Below, piece by piece: positions 14,127 through 27,600 of a stretch of DNA of 64,000 nt (the stretch's first letter is position 1; each line of letters starts with the position of its first letter). The notes beneath the pieces were generated by a model that was not told the origin of the DNA, did no database searches, and saw nothing but the letters and a program-made list of their open reading frames with translations. The position numbers and the translations under genes are program-made. This DNA is from Blasia pusilla (Eukaryota), in NCBI GenBank assembly GCA_050084515.1, contig CM114271.1, forward strand, positions 30,318,001 through 30,382,000, read 5' to 3'.

Positions 14127-16106
14127 ATGCTCATCAAGGATCCGGCAAAGCTTCGATTCCTGCTAGGAGTTTCTGGTTTGAAGGCCAAGGAACTGTCCCA
14201 TTTCACGAGCAAGCTGCTGTATGATTGCATGTGTAGGTGTTTAAGAAGCTCATCTGGTCATCAGCTTCTCAAAGCCGGAGGTACTCCATACCCCAACATT
14301 GGCGGAGGCAGTAGCTTTGGCTGTCTTGATTTCTTCTTCCTGGGTTTATTTTCTTGCGTAAACGAGAGGGCCCATTTTCATAAAGTGCTAGGTATGGCTT
14401 CTCAAAACCCTTTGCCAACCGAGGACATCAGCTCCATGAGTTCTTCTCTGGCTGGGATTGCTCTTGTCCAATCACACGAGTTGAGCGGTGAGGATGGGCA
14501 AACTGAGATGGGCAAAGTGAATGTCGCCAAAGCAGAAAATCATAATTCGCCTGGTAAGCTCGAGAAAGGTGTTGGGGGAGGGCTAGATTTGTCAGTGAAA
14601 GACGTGCCGGGGAAAGTGGAGGTCGGAAAGATTGGACAGATCATGGGGGAGAGTGCTTGTGATGAGGGGAATGTATGCCATATTGAAACTCAGCGCGCAA
14701 CTGGAATATTAGAGCAGCATGTGGCGAGGTCAGAGTGTGAAAATTATGGAACGGAGAGGCAAATTGATCTTAGTGAGAGTGAGAGGTATCCAACGAAAGC
14801 AGAGGGTGGCAAAGTTGGCAAGACTGAAGGGCAAGATGCAGGAGAAATGGAGAAACAGAATGCACCAGAGCAACGGGGTAAACTGGAGGAGACGGTGGAA
14901 GGAAAAGCTGGTAAGCTGGATAGGTTAGATAATTACGAACAAGTGCCCAGGATAGGCACCGGAAAGCTTGAGAAGACTGATAAGCTGGAGAGAGACACTG
15001 TTGGTAAGCAGGACAAGGCAGAGATGGGTAAAGGAGCCAAGGTACTGGTGGAAAATAAAGGGGGTGAAGTAAAACCAGCGGAAAAGAAAGGAATTCCTTC
15101 CTCAAGAGAAACTGGCTATGAGCCTGTGAAGTGTTTGATTACACTTGCAGCAAAATCACCTCAAGAGGCAGAGTACATCGACAAATTGAGAGGAGAGTCT
15201 GAATTAAAGCTACCTGATGGAGCAGAGCTAGTACCTGCTGACGAGGTCACAGATCCAACTGTAAGAGAAGCGTTTGGTGTCGACTTGTTTCTGAAGAATC
15301 TTCATACATCCCAGTTTGGAAGGTTTGTTTTATATTCACCCTTAATTCCGTCTACTCATACCCTCCTGTCACAGAATTTCCACAAATTCCCTCAGGGGGC
15401 AATTTGTGTAGCTGGTGCCCAATTGCAGGGAAGAGGTCGGGCAGGAAATGTTTGGCAGTCCCCAAAGGGTTGTCTGATGTTCTCCTTCACCCTTAAAATG
15501 ACCAATGGACGTTTGGTACCCTTTCTTCAGTATGTGGCGTCTCTCGCTGTCATTGAAGGATTTGAAGAGAGCTGCAGGACCATGGGAGCTCCAGTTCCAG
15601 AAGTGAGAATCAAGTGGCCAAATGACCTATATGCCAATGGTGTCAAGATTGGGGGTGTGCTGTGTACTTCAACCTACAGTGCCAAAACGTTCAACATTGT
15701 GGTAGGAGTAGGGCTTAACGTTGGAAACCGAGAGCCCACAACCTGCCTGGATGCTCTGATTCAGGAGCTGGATATCCAGGCTCATGCGCTTCAACACGAA
15801 GAGCTACTTGCATCGATCATGGCCAAGTTTGAGTATATGAACAACATTGTCTGTAACCGAGGGTTTTCGCCTCTGGAGAATGCCTACTACAATAAATGGA
15901 TGCACAGTGGACAAACCGTTGTTCTGCAGGAGAATGAAGTCGGAAGTTTGAATGTTGTGTCAAATGTTCCTGTCACAATTCATGGGTTGACGGCCACAGG
16001 GCATTTGTTGGCTACAGATGAAAGTGGTGAGCAGTATGAACTTCATCCAGATGGCAACAGCTTTGACTTTCTCAAGGGCCTTGTTAGGAGAAAACTCTCA
16101 AGGTAG
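14127..16106 (+). CDS. HCS: Holocarboxylase synthetase / biotin-protein ligase, single exon; real start may be Met at 14394
   Basis: BPL motifs in one uninterrupted frame: STH, QLQGRGRAGNVWQSPKGCL, IKWPNDLY, KIGGVL, VGVGLNV, and plant-type C-terminus ELHPDGNSFDFLKGLVRRK. Confidence 0.93.
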   Translation: MLIKDPAKLRFLLGVSGLKAKELSHFTSKLLYDCMCRCLRSSSGHQLLKAGGTPYPNIGGGSSFGCLDFFFLGLFSCVNERAHFHKVLGMASQNPLPTEDISSMSSSLAGIALVQSHELSGEDGQTEMGKVNVAKAENHNSPGKLEKGVGGGLDLSVKDVPGKVEVGKIGQIMGESACDEGNVCHIETQRATGILEQHVARSECENYGTERQIDLSESERYPTKAEGGKVGKTEGQDAGEMEKQNAPEQRGKLEETVEGKAGKLDRLDNYEQVPRIGTGKLEKTDKLERDTVGKQDKAEMGKGAKVLVENKGGEVKPAEKKGIPSSRETGYEPVKCLITLAAKSPQEAEYIDKLRGESELKLPDGAELVPADEVTDPTVREAFGVDLFLKNLHTSQFGRFVLYSPLIPSTHTLLSQNFHKFPQGAICVAGAQLQGRGRAGNVWQSPKGCLMFSFTLKMTNGRLVPFLQYVASLAVIEGFEESCRTMGAPVPEVRIKWPNDLYANGVKIGGVLCTSTYSAKTFNIVVGVGLNVGNREPTTCLDALIQELDIQAHALQHEELLASIMAKFEYMNNIVCNRGFSPLENAYYNKWMHSGQTVVLQENEVGSLNVVSNVPVTIHGLTATGHLLATDESGEQYELHPDGNSFDFLKGLVRRKLSR

Positions 16107-18700
16107 GGACAGTTGATCGCAGACATATTTGACAGACCTTTGATGCAGCAAAGGTCTGCCCTGCATCAAAGGTCTGCCACTGTATGATCCTCTTTCCTGT
16201 ATGACTCTGCCCTTTTTCAGTACTCAAGGTGGTTCCCCGATGAGTTCAATGTACAGAGATTGGAGTGATGCATGGTTGCTGTGGGTGTTTACTTTGAAGT
16301 TGCATCTTCATATCATTATTAGAGATGTAAATTATTTGTTATTCTGTTTCAAAAATTGAAGAAATGGCACAACTCAAATCTCGGCCCGGCAGAATGAGTC
16401 AGACCATGGTACTTGGTTCTCTGAGCCCATGAAACTTGAACATTTCAGGGGCTGTTACATGTTTATAGTAGAGTGTTTGTGCACTCCATATCGTTTTTCA
16501 CCTTGTGGACAGCGTATGTTGAATGATTGCATGTATGTAGTCAAATGATTGCATGTATGAACCATGACACTCTCATTTCGAAGTTTGATAGCATTATTAA
16601 ATATTATACCTCTAACTCTGTTCTCGAAGGTCTGTTCATGTCCACAGAACCACCTCTTTCACTTGTGAAAACAGTTTTTGGTGTAGTTCAACTGGACAGA
16701 TCTAGTGCCGCACTATTTATCTGTTTCAAAGAATGTCTGTCTTCAGTTTAGGGGCTAATATGGTCAGGAGTTGGTATAATTACACTATTTTGATTCCATG
16801 CGATGTCTTTTCCCTTAGGCTTTCTAATGGTGTCATCTACCAATTATTACTTGCTTGTCAAGAATTAAGATACTTCTGAAATTCCTGCAACACAGACACT
16901 GTTTTGCTTGGTGGAGACAGTATCCTCAGTGAATTCCATAGAGCCAATTTTCCTACAAATACTAATAATTTTGCCAACTTGGGTATGCTTTGGCTATTTC
17001 TGATGTGATCTGATCCAGTGACACTTCAAAGGATTGTATTAAATACTTTTAGTGGAAAGTTATCTATCCTCCACCAGCAACAGCAGCCTATTTCATCCAG
17101 TCTCTTGCAGCTTATTTTTTTTTAATCTCCAGAGTTTAATTTCTATCCTGATCCGGAAGGGTTTCTCCCCAACCCTGTTTAATGAACGACTGATTTTCCA
17201 TTTTGAGAGGTAAAACTGGGATTCGGTCCATCAGGACCGACAGGATTAACGGGACAAATGCTGCCAACTAGAGATGAATTGTGATCTGAAACTCACAAGG
17301 ATCAAAAGCCTCTCATCTTAAAATCCTCAAGGCACGGTGCTGGATTAGTCTGATGATTGAATCCCTCCCGCCCCATTCTAGTTGGAATTGTGAGTGTTGC
17401 ATGAACAGCAAATACTTAATTAAACTTCAATGGACGTTTTCGGTGGTATATAACAAGTAAGTCTGCTCATACAATCATTCATTACCAATCGATTGCTTGG
17501 AAGAGTTGATGAGAGTACATTAGAGAGCAGAGAAGTGGCGTCATATGATACACAATCATTATGATCTGAAACGTGAATCTTTATTAGGAAGTTTGATCCA
17601 CCTCCATATGAAAACAGGAGCTTTCGCCCTTACAATTCATCCTTCACCACTCAACAGCGCATGCGGAGTGGCTTCAGGTTTCATAACCTGGACGTTGAAC
17701 TGCTTATTCCAACTTGTGGTCCAAGGTGACTATCGTCTTATATATAATCTCACAGTTATCTATACACCAGAGTGGATTGGATAATGTCTTACAACCCATT
17801 CTTGTGGCAGTCTGAAAGTAATGAAGAGAAGTAACAGCTGAAGATATCTGACTGCTCATGCATCGATGAATTCAGCATCCCAAAACATTGAAGACCAGTG
17901 CTTTAAAGTGGCAAGAGAGGTGGAATGCATCATTTCCTCCTAAGCAGTGGTGGCTGGTGGAAGAAAAGGTGTTTGTGGATGATCCAAAATCATCCTCTCG
18001 GTGTTGCATCCGAATTGATACCAGAAATGTCTACCTTCTAGCATCATTCAGTCGAGTTGAAACTGCATGCAGCACAAGGCCACTCTAAGTACGTGTGTGC
18101 CTCTGAAATCAATCAGCAGTTTGTTGAGGGTATCACCACGTTCAGAAGTACACCCAAACTAAAGAAAAACTGAAAGACGAGTCCGAGTGATGACCAACCT
18201 GTTGTTTACTCAGCTGAAGTATAAGTATCACGAGGTCTTCACTTGATTTCTTCAAAGCAGGTAGACCATCACAAATCGGTCCAGACTTGAAACTGTAATC
18301 CACAAAGAGATCGGTGTGGTTAGACTTTCTTTCCTTCCATCATTCACCATTTTCTTCTGCCATTTCCTCACAAGAGCTTACATAAGGGGGTGGGAAGAAA
18401 CCCACTTCGAAGATTCCAGGGAGGCTTCTGAAGAAAAATAAGCGAAATGCGAGTATGGCAGAAGGCCAATATGTCAAACAAACTGAGCGCGAAAGTCACA
18501 GAAATTTATCATTAATGGTACTAGCTAGCAATATCTTCTATAGAGATTTCATCCTTATTTCGAAGCAACTACGTCAAGTTGCCAAAAGATTGTCAGACCA
18601 GCAGTGAAAGCAAGCTTGCTCTTTCTATGGGGTTGATGTGTACAGCAATGATGAATGCCTAAACAAAGCCCAAGTGCTTGATGCATGTAAAACGTGAACA

Positions 18701-21700
18701 TCATAGCTTCACAAAAATTGCCTGCTTAGAAAACGTAAAACACTGTTTCTTAGAGAAACAGTATCCACGTTAAAGAAGAAAGAGACAGAGGAGCATTCCA
18801 GGCTTACTTGACTAAAATCAATGTGTGTGTCCTCTTGTGTTGCCCAGTCTTTAGTCTTGCCTCCGAAGTAACAACACAGATTGAGACCGATTCGTGCTCC
18901 ATGCTTATGACCCACCCTCCTGGCAGTGTTTGGCGGACTACTCATGTAAGGTGAATAAGTTACCCTAGACACTGTTTCGAAATCAACAGATGCCTCTATC
19001 TGGAGTAAGGCACCATTACTAACAGTCTGAAAGTCAAGAGTGGAAGGGGCATACAGTCCATTACTGGTTTCTTCACTGCTCAGATTCCCGTCAGAGGTCT
19101 TGAGTTCTTGTTCCTGAGGAGCTTGATCTCTCACAGAGACGGCTATCTGCATGGCATGCCACTGGCCACCCACGAAGTAAAATGGTCTTGACATACTTGG
19201 AAGTTTCCTCGTTGAAGTGTTTGCGTGCTCTCCATTCTCTGCAAGTGCCTGACCAATGAGAATTGAGGAGACCTCTCCTCTCCCAGCTCGACGCCAGCCG
19301 AAAGTGGTCTGTACCAGATCATTCACCCACAGTCCCGGAAGGGCACCCCCTTTTACCCACTGGAAAGAGCAAGGAAATCGAACCATGTAGCGCAGTAATA
19401 CCTCCTTTACACCCCTGACCAACAAAAGCCGAACGATTCTGGATATCATTTTGTGACAAAGGTTGTGAAGAGAGAACACTGAATATTTTTTAACTGTCTC
19501 ACACATCACAGAGAAGCAACAACAGGTAGACAATACCTCATGGGTAGTATCGAACGAGCGGCAACTCCCCCAGTTTTGATTCCAGCCAAGCGAGATGCTT
19601 GAGGACTCCAGGAACCCGCTGACATCGATACTCGCAGTGAATAGGCTGCATCTTGAGAAATCGTACCGGAATTTTTTCTTTCTTTTGATTCTGTCTTTAC
19701 CACGGAGCAGTTGGAAAGACTATCTGGATGGCACTTCAGTTGCCAATGTGAAGTATCCCACCTTAGTTCTTCCATTCTTTCATATCCTCTCAAATCAGGT
19801 GAATCCTTGGAGGCTGATTCAGGGCTAGGACTATGAAGAGTGCTCATTCTCTTGCTATCTGCACCAAAAACCTTTGAATAAACATAGAAACCAAAGTTGT
19901 AACAACCAATTCCTTGATCTTTTGCTTTCTCCATTATCAGAAAGTGGTTATGTGTAGCGTCATCTTCACTTAGTTGATACTTCACATTCGAGATGTCTTC
20001 TCGTTGAGATCTCTTGTCAGTCCCAAGAACTTGGACTGCTGGCACTTCCTCTTGACTAAATGTGCTTGCGGGCTCCTGTGGAGCTTCCAGAGGTGCCTTT
20101 TCTTCATCTAAAAGGGGAACGATTTCTCCTTGCCAAGCAAGCTGCAGCCCCTCAACATTGGGTTTATTGTGTCGTCCTTCTAAAGTTTCTAGATTAATGT
20201 ACCTCTCATGGTGCCTAGTTATTCTTACTAGATCCGATTCGCCTGTCCTGAGTCGCAGTTCTCGCTTAACCCTCTGATACAGAGCTTCGATTCGGATGTG
20301 CTGTACAAAACAATTCATGGCAATCAATTGTATGTATGTAAATGTACAACTCTTGCAAAATACAGCAGACGCAGCAAAGTTGCAGAATACGATTATATCC
20401 TCCCTTTCCCGAAGGCCCGGAAAAAAACTTATGATCACTTCACAACCTAAACACCGGGTAGAGAATTAAACCAGTCGTCCGATATTCGTCACAAATTTTA
20501 CTAGTCACTAAACGATGAATGAAAAATTACGTTTTCTTCCTGAGTCGCATAGCTTGATATGAAACAATACCTGAAGATCGTCAGCAGCTGGACCAAATGT
20601 CTGCATCCAATCTGGAGACCTTGCGTGAGGGATATCTAGAGCATAGGCGTTTACGAGCACCTTGAACCCAAAACCACTCAATTGGAGATGGTAAAAGAAA
20701 GATATTTTGTCTTTACCATACCCTACAAATCGTTGATCAAATCTTGGTATGAGTTCACGTGAGCAGATTATGTAAGGCTCAAATCCCTCTTCGTAGTTTA
20801 TAGCATACGACTGGCAGATGTCACAGCAGATATCACTCTGGGTGTCAAGATCTGGAGAGAAATCTCTCCACCAGTCGAAATCTGTGGGTCCATGTCCAGG
20901 ACGGTAATGCTTCACGTGAAAACCATATAGCCAACCATCTGTCAAGCCCTTCCTCATATCATGAACACCCATCTCGACGAACATCTCTGCCCGAGAGATT
21001 ACAGATGCCTCTTGACGGAGACTCTCGAGACATCTCTCCTCGGTCTGCAATACGGCTTGCTCGGGACCTGGGTATGAGCTTTCCACATCTGTGTTCCAGA
21101 AGGAGGAGCCAAAGTCAATCCTTACAACGAATCCATTCTTCTGCTTTTGCAAAGCTCTATGAAAAACAGAGTAGATCATATTACCTTCAGATCGTGCCGG
21201 AGAGGTACATCGAGAAGCATTGAACTTTTCCCATGAGTACTGGAAACTAGGGACCACCAAGACAGTTTTCTCCTTCACTGCCGTTCTCCAGAGACATTTG
21301 TATTGTTTTTCATCCGTCAAATACTCTGTTGCCAGGACCACAAACATGACACAACTGCTTTACAACGTCTCTCGAGCATTCTAACAAGGAACTAAAACCT
21401 CGTGTACGAGCTTTTCCACTCTATACCAAATGTAGATTGGCCTGCGCCACCAATTGACCCGACTGACGAGTGCGTACCTTGATTATGAATTATCTTGATA
21501 AGGACTATCTTAAAAACCTTCAGAACTGCTTTAAGTACAGTCCAGAACCCACTTTAGCCGTGGGTCTTACCGAGACTACATAGTGACAGCTACAAAACGA
21601 TTTCAATTGGCCAGTTTCCACCATCAATAGAGTTGGCTTATTTGAGAAGACAAGCAAGGCTAGTGAGAAACTGGTGCGCACCATGAAGTGAAGGAGCAGG

Positions 21701-24700
21701 TAGGAGATCCACATCCAGAAGATAAACGAGATCTGTAGTCGCAAGTTCCAATGCTGCATTCCGCAATGCATTTATAGGACACAGCTCAATTGAGGGGTGC
21801 CGTCTAGCCCCACTAGTGTGACATGATGAGGAGATTCCTGGGACTTGACAACAACAGCTCCATCTGTCCCTCGTAGCTGATTCCACAAGGATCAGGTCTA
21901 GCCGGCATGTCCTAGCACGCTCAACCTCCCGATGTAGCTCGATTAAGTCTCTTTGGAGGGACTCCATATCAACATTGTGAGGAGCATAGACAGCAGCACA
22001 GATTACCCCTTTCCAGAGTCGACATTGTGCTGATAGACGTTGAAGGCGGTCCCATGTTGCAACTGTCACAAGGGTTATATCGCTGGACTTTCGCAGCAAT
22101 TTGCTGAACAAGGGCCAGTTGCCAACGACTGGACGGAGTTTGGCAGTAGCAAAATGGTAACGCAGATCATGGAGTGCTTGCAGATACTGAACGCCAACGA
22201 ACAAACAACTCTTGATGAGTTATAACCTAATGACGATACAAATCTGAAGCATAAAACTAGATGAACGAGTGGTGAGCGATAAAAAAATTTCGAAGTGTAA
22301 TTTCCATGTGATGAGACGCAGACATTAAATTAGCCATCGTGAGTTGAATATGTGGCCATACCTCAGGACTGCTATTCTGTAGGAGCACGTTTGGAGGTTT
22401 ATCACTGCAACCCCAATGACCCATCGCTCCCTCCATCGTCTTTGGAGCTACTTTTTTCCAGTGGTATGAGAGAGATCTCTGACGAGAATGACTAACTCTT
22501 GCAGTTGGTGGAACTTCCCAAGTGCATACTCCAGGAGACAGACACACGCCTGTATGACTGGGAAGTGAAACCAGCTCGGATTTGGCAGTTTCATACATAG
22601 ACTGCACTCTCAACAGTCGTTGGCTAGCAAGAGGATCATGTCCTAGAGTCGCTTGCCAGGCTGGGGAGAGTGGATGGTCCAGATGTACGACAAACCATTC
22701 AGGATGAACCCAAAACCTGCACAGAAAATGCACTGTTGAGACTCAAAATCCTACCTTTTCAAATCTATAATTCTTCAAAACCAGTAGTCATTCCACACAC
22801 GGTTGATTTGCTGGCACATGACAAGACAAGGATGCAGTGCACGCTGCCCAAACTTGTCTTGCCGGTAAGATAGAACAAGTACGATATTGCAAGCTCGCCT
22901 CTGTTTATCACAGAAAGATGTTCGAGATGACTCTAGCTAAACAATGTTCTAACTGATTCAATCCAAGGTTTCGAGTCATGCTAGAAATGAATGACTCCAG
23001 TCTGACCTGCAAATGATCATGTAGTCTTTCCTAGGATACTTTCACAGGATTCGATACAGACTTTACAAAGCTAATTGCCCTCAACCTTCTCTCTGAATTG
23101 TGAGGTAAAGATGCGGTACCTGACGTCTGAGACTGCAACATGGAATGCGTGAATGATTTTGTTTCTACCATAACCGGTGAAACGCTCATCGTACCTGTTA
23201 CAGGTGCAACTGAAAGAGATCAAAAGGCTTTCAACCCCCAAATAACCAGACGCTGCAAGAAGTGTTACACACTTCTTGCAGCGTCTGGTAGAAATGTAGG
23301 CGGGCCGATGGATATCTACATCTCATGAACATGCATGAGATGGATCGTTAAAATATTTCCAGCGTCTTTGTGAATACTCCCAGTCTGTCTACTTTGACCT
23401 CAATGAATTCACATGGTGCAGGGGCTTATGCCTTACTGGAAGTATGTGTATTCACAGATATAGTCCAAGCTTAGAAAAGCTTTTACGTTTGTTACTGATT
23501 ATGATTAAATCCACATGAGAAATCAAGTAGGCTGGCTGGAGAGTGGAAAAAACTTGAAAGAAAAGCAAGGGTTTTATAATACCAAGGTATCAAGCGACGA
23601 GAGCATAAAAAGTAAGGTTCATAACCGTCCTTGTACTGAACCTGATACATCTGCACAAGTGAAAGAAACTACGGCGTCAGGGATATGAGGACAGATCTTG
23701 CTTGAACTTTCTGATAAGAAAGGAGCAGGACCTGTCTGTGGAAGTATGACAGTTTTATTTCATACCATCTGATCAAGACAGTGCTAATGCAGACAGAAGG
23801 CAGGAAAAACCTCCTTTACAACATCACTCGATTGAAGCTTCAAGGATAAATCTTACGGCAGCTGAGGAGATCCAACGCTCTGTGTCTGTAGGTCCATGAC
23901 CAGGTACGAACACGTCTGATGCAAAAACACTTAGTGTGCCTTGCTTCACCATCTTCACCACATTGGCCTTCCCTGCAATTCCACTTTGATTGAGAAGGTC
24001 ATTTCTCTGTGCACATTGTAGCCGAAGGTGAAAATGCCACTTCCATAGGAGTTGGCGTCTGAGAGGGAAAACGAATTTGATATTTGATCAAGTTAGAGTT
24101 CCCTCCTTCCACGACTAACAACGAAGAGGAGAAACGGAACGTCAGAAGGATTTGCACTTCATTCTCGAGAAATCGCTCCTCCCAATAATGTGATAAAATC
24201 AGCTACAGCCTGTGGGAGGAAACAAAAAAAAAGGACCCTATGCAAGGTCCCAACATTTGGCTGACCGATAGTAAGCAGCACTTACCTGCAGAAACAATGC
24301 GAAGGCCAGTTTCAAGGGTATTGTGTCTTGAAGGTGACTCCTCTTCGTGACCAGTCTCAGAATGTGGGGAATGTTGAAGCGCAGGTAGAACAATGACCCT
24401 CCGCAGGTCAGTGCATGCTCGATAATACCCAGCAAAAACCTCAGTCTTCCAAAGCTCCTCCTGGATCCCCGCACCTGCCAGAGAACCGAGTTGCATTAGT
24501 TGCTCTTACGAATGCAGGACGTGCGTGACAGCTGCTCAGCATGAAGCATGAACTCAGCGTACTTGGTCCTTTGTAAATCTCCAGCAAATAAAGATGTGAT
24601 TGTCTGAGTAGTAGACCTGGTAGGAGATCCACGTCGAGGAGGACAACTAGCTCTGTAATAGCAAAGCGCAGGGCAACATTCCGTAATGCGTTTATCTTCA

Positions 24701-25766
24701 ACCGGCCAACAACACAGATCACTCAGTTGCAAAGTCAGTCAAAAGCCACTTCCACAGAGGTCTGTAGAAATGGTTGTCAACATGACCAAATCTACACTTG
24801 CGGGACCGGCTAATTCCTTTCACCACACCTTCGAATCAGACTCAAACGCACTTACTGCGATTCTCCGGCAATGAAAAGGCTGCATGGAAAACTTCTCGTC
24901 CTTACGTCGAAAATCAATTTGATCAAAGGTGGGGAAGAAACATGAACATACGGGATATTTCCATGGGGCTCTGCAGGAAGGGAGCGACACATGCTTTTTG
25001 GGATGACGGACAAGGATGATATCCAATCGACATGGTCCACCCGCAGCCTCCACCCGCGCATGCAAGGCCTGGACGCACTGTTTGGCGTGTCGAAGAGAGG
25101 CAGCATTGCAAGGGCAGGAAGTCATGACAGCCGCACATAGAACTCCACTCCAGCATTTTGACTGAGCTTCAAGCCTTTCCAACCTGCATAAAAGCCCAGC
25201 ATTTCAGACTGACTGACGAGCACAATTCAGTGCACGAATTCACCTCCCTAACATATGCTTCGAATTGGGAAGATTGTTGCACGAGCGCAGCATTAAGACA
25301 CCAGAAAGACATATGTAAGACACATATTTCCTCAATGATCGAAGAAAACACTGAATACAATCTGTTCTTTGGCAGGTTTATCAGGAGACGAAGTATCAGA
25401 CTCACCTGTCCAGGGAGCATTGCGTGCAGATCGTCACGTCACCCACCCTCTACAAACAGATGGTGCGAAGAAGGATATGCTTGTTATTTAGACGAAACCC
25501 AGAGAAAAAAAATGCCTACGAACCTCGAAAAGTTAGCTCATTCTTGTGTGATACGACAACTCATCCCTTCTTCTCTCCAATTCACGCGCAAAAACTCAAC
25601 AGCACCATTCTCCTGACGTAGCTCTTGTGCACTCTCGTCTTGAGTCTCTTCTCTGGGGCCTGGGCCCAAGGAAACGTACCCGAGGCAAACTGCTCTTCAA
25701 TTGCAGGTACTTCACGACGTGGGACTCTGGAGGAATGGTACTGATAGCAGCAGCTAAATCCTCCAT
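18701..25766 (-). CDS. Multi-exon protein: two tandem GT49 (LARGE/B4GAT1-like) glycosyltransferase domains plus a C-terminal polysaccharide lyase 14-like domain; internal exon boundaries only partly resolved
   Basis: Spliced model: ATG 25766 (MEDLAAA...LPR), exon 25449-25407 RVGDVTICTQCSLDR, LERLEAQSKCWSGVLCAAV, INALRNVA...LLDVDLLP, PGHGPTD, FWVHPEWFVVHLDHPLSPAW. Second copy: DITLVTVATWDRL...PINALRNAA...LLDVDLLP, PGHGPTDFDWW, FEPYII...PRFDQRFVGYGKDK. Then YMVRFPCSFQWVKGGALPGL...CYFGGKTKDWA; last exon 18721-18701. Confidence 0.8.
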
Positions 25767-27141
25767 GTGGGCGTTTCTGGATTCCTTGAAATCAGATCAT
25801 CTGGTCCTCATCGTCCAGCCTTCAAATATCCACCCCAGTAGTAGTCTAAGCTGCCCGACTTGGGCTTCCTTCCCACACTTTGTACGGTATACGCTGGGAA
25901 TTCTCGTGTCCTCGAGACTCGAACCAAGATCCAGGCCACCAGTTCAAATTGCTCGCGCTTTCCTTCCTCTCTCGCTCTCGATGATCGATCTATCCACTCC
26001 ATCTGATTTAGTATTCACCTCCCTTGATTTACCCATGCTTCCGATCTCGATGATCTGTGCATAACCTGCTCTAGAACGGAGACTCAGCAATCTGGCAAGC
26101 ATCTGCACTGTGCTTGAATATGCACCCGCCCTAATTTGTCCATGCTTCCGACGTCGATGAAATTGTGCAGTTTATGCTCTAAAACGAGGCCCCAGAAATC
26201 TGACCAGCACCTGCAGTCTGATTGAGTATGCACCAGCGCTGCAATGTCCATGGATCCATAGTCTGTGCAGGACGTGTTTTGAGAGGAGGACTCAGCAATC
26301 TGACCAGCACAAGCAGTTCCGACATTTACATTGACAGCCCAGCAATCTCACCTGCGTTTACGGCCTGAATTGGAGTCCTCTTGTGCTTGCCTGTGGCTGT
26401 GCCCCTCCAATCACACATTTGCTCGAGTTTTGAGTGCTCGTGGCTGTCTTCACCATCACCATCTGCCTACAGTGCAAGCGCCGCCGATTCCAAAGATCTG
26501 CCACCCCTGTTCCTTTGTCTGTCCGCACCAGGCTTCCCTGATTGCATCGCACCTGCAGCAATCGGAATCCCCCCTCGAGCTCCTCCCGCTTCCAATGCAA
26601 CCCCCCGACGCACTTCTCGTCAGCTGCGAGTCGATTCCTTGGTGGTTATCGCCCAGCCTCCCTGTCCGGTTGAATCTACGGAATCGCACCATCGCTCTCC
26701 ACAAGTCCATACCCTGTGGGCTCCCCCAAGACTTTTTCAATGCTGCAGCCGCTGCACGTCGTCCGAAGAAAGAACACCCTGCACGCGTTGGAATGGTGAG
26801 AGTAGAACGCCACCGCCATCGCCAACGTCAGCGCATCTACAGAGCTCCAGCCCTTCTGTGCTCCATGCTTCAAGGGCCACATGACCACTAGCGACAACAC
26901 CGACCCGCACAGTTTCCTGATTCCGTGCTGGTGCACGGCCTCATCACTTATCCACGAGGGCAAAGACACTGGGCTCGCATCGCCTCCGAGCTCGCATTGC
27001 AATTCGCGTGTCCGACAAATTCCAAGCACCCGGACTCGCACTAATCAATCACCCGTAGACATATCTGCCATCTCCAGAACTGCCATGTTTGGAAAGGGAT
27101 CATATGCATATGTTTGGAAATGGAGATCATATGCAAAGCTG

Positions 27142-27600
27142 CATATGATCGACCGACGTGTGATTGAATCTAACCCACCATTCCCCTGAAATTCTGGATC
27201 GGGTCAAGGTGGGATCCAATTGAACAAGGCAGGGCTTGCAAGGAGTCACTGTCATCTTTCGAGAGGTGACGTCTGTCCTTTCTATGACCTTAAGAGCTCG
27301 AATTCTTCACGAGTTCCCCCGTACCTTCGCATGTGATCGACCGACTTGTGATTTAACCCACCCCTCCCCTGAAACTTGGATCGGGTCAGGCGGGATCCAA
27401 TTGGACAAGGCGGGGCTCGCACGGAGTCATTTCCACGTTTGGAAAGGCGATAGGATACTCGCCCCGCCCATTGTAAGACCAGCAGAGCTCAGATTCTTTA
27501 CGAGTTTCCCCAGACCTTCGCTTACGATCTACTGGCCTGTGCTTTCTTCCACCCGTTCCCTGGGAGTTGGATCAGGTCTGGCGGGATCCAGTTGGACGAA
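27142..27600. repeat. Diverged ~190-bp tandem repeat (about 2.5 copies) upstream of the GT49 gene
   Basis: gatcgaccgac..gtgatt..aacccacc..cccctgaaa..tggatcgggtca.g.gggatccaattg recurs at ~27146 and ~27334, and partially at ~27549. Confidence 0.7.

Noticed and set aside
26331-27041. Overlapping ORFs on both strands
   Set aside because: GC-rich region without recognisable motifs; cannot be linked confidently to the GT49 CDS.
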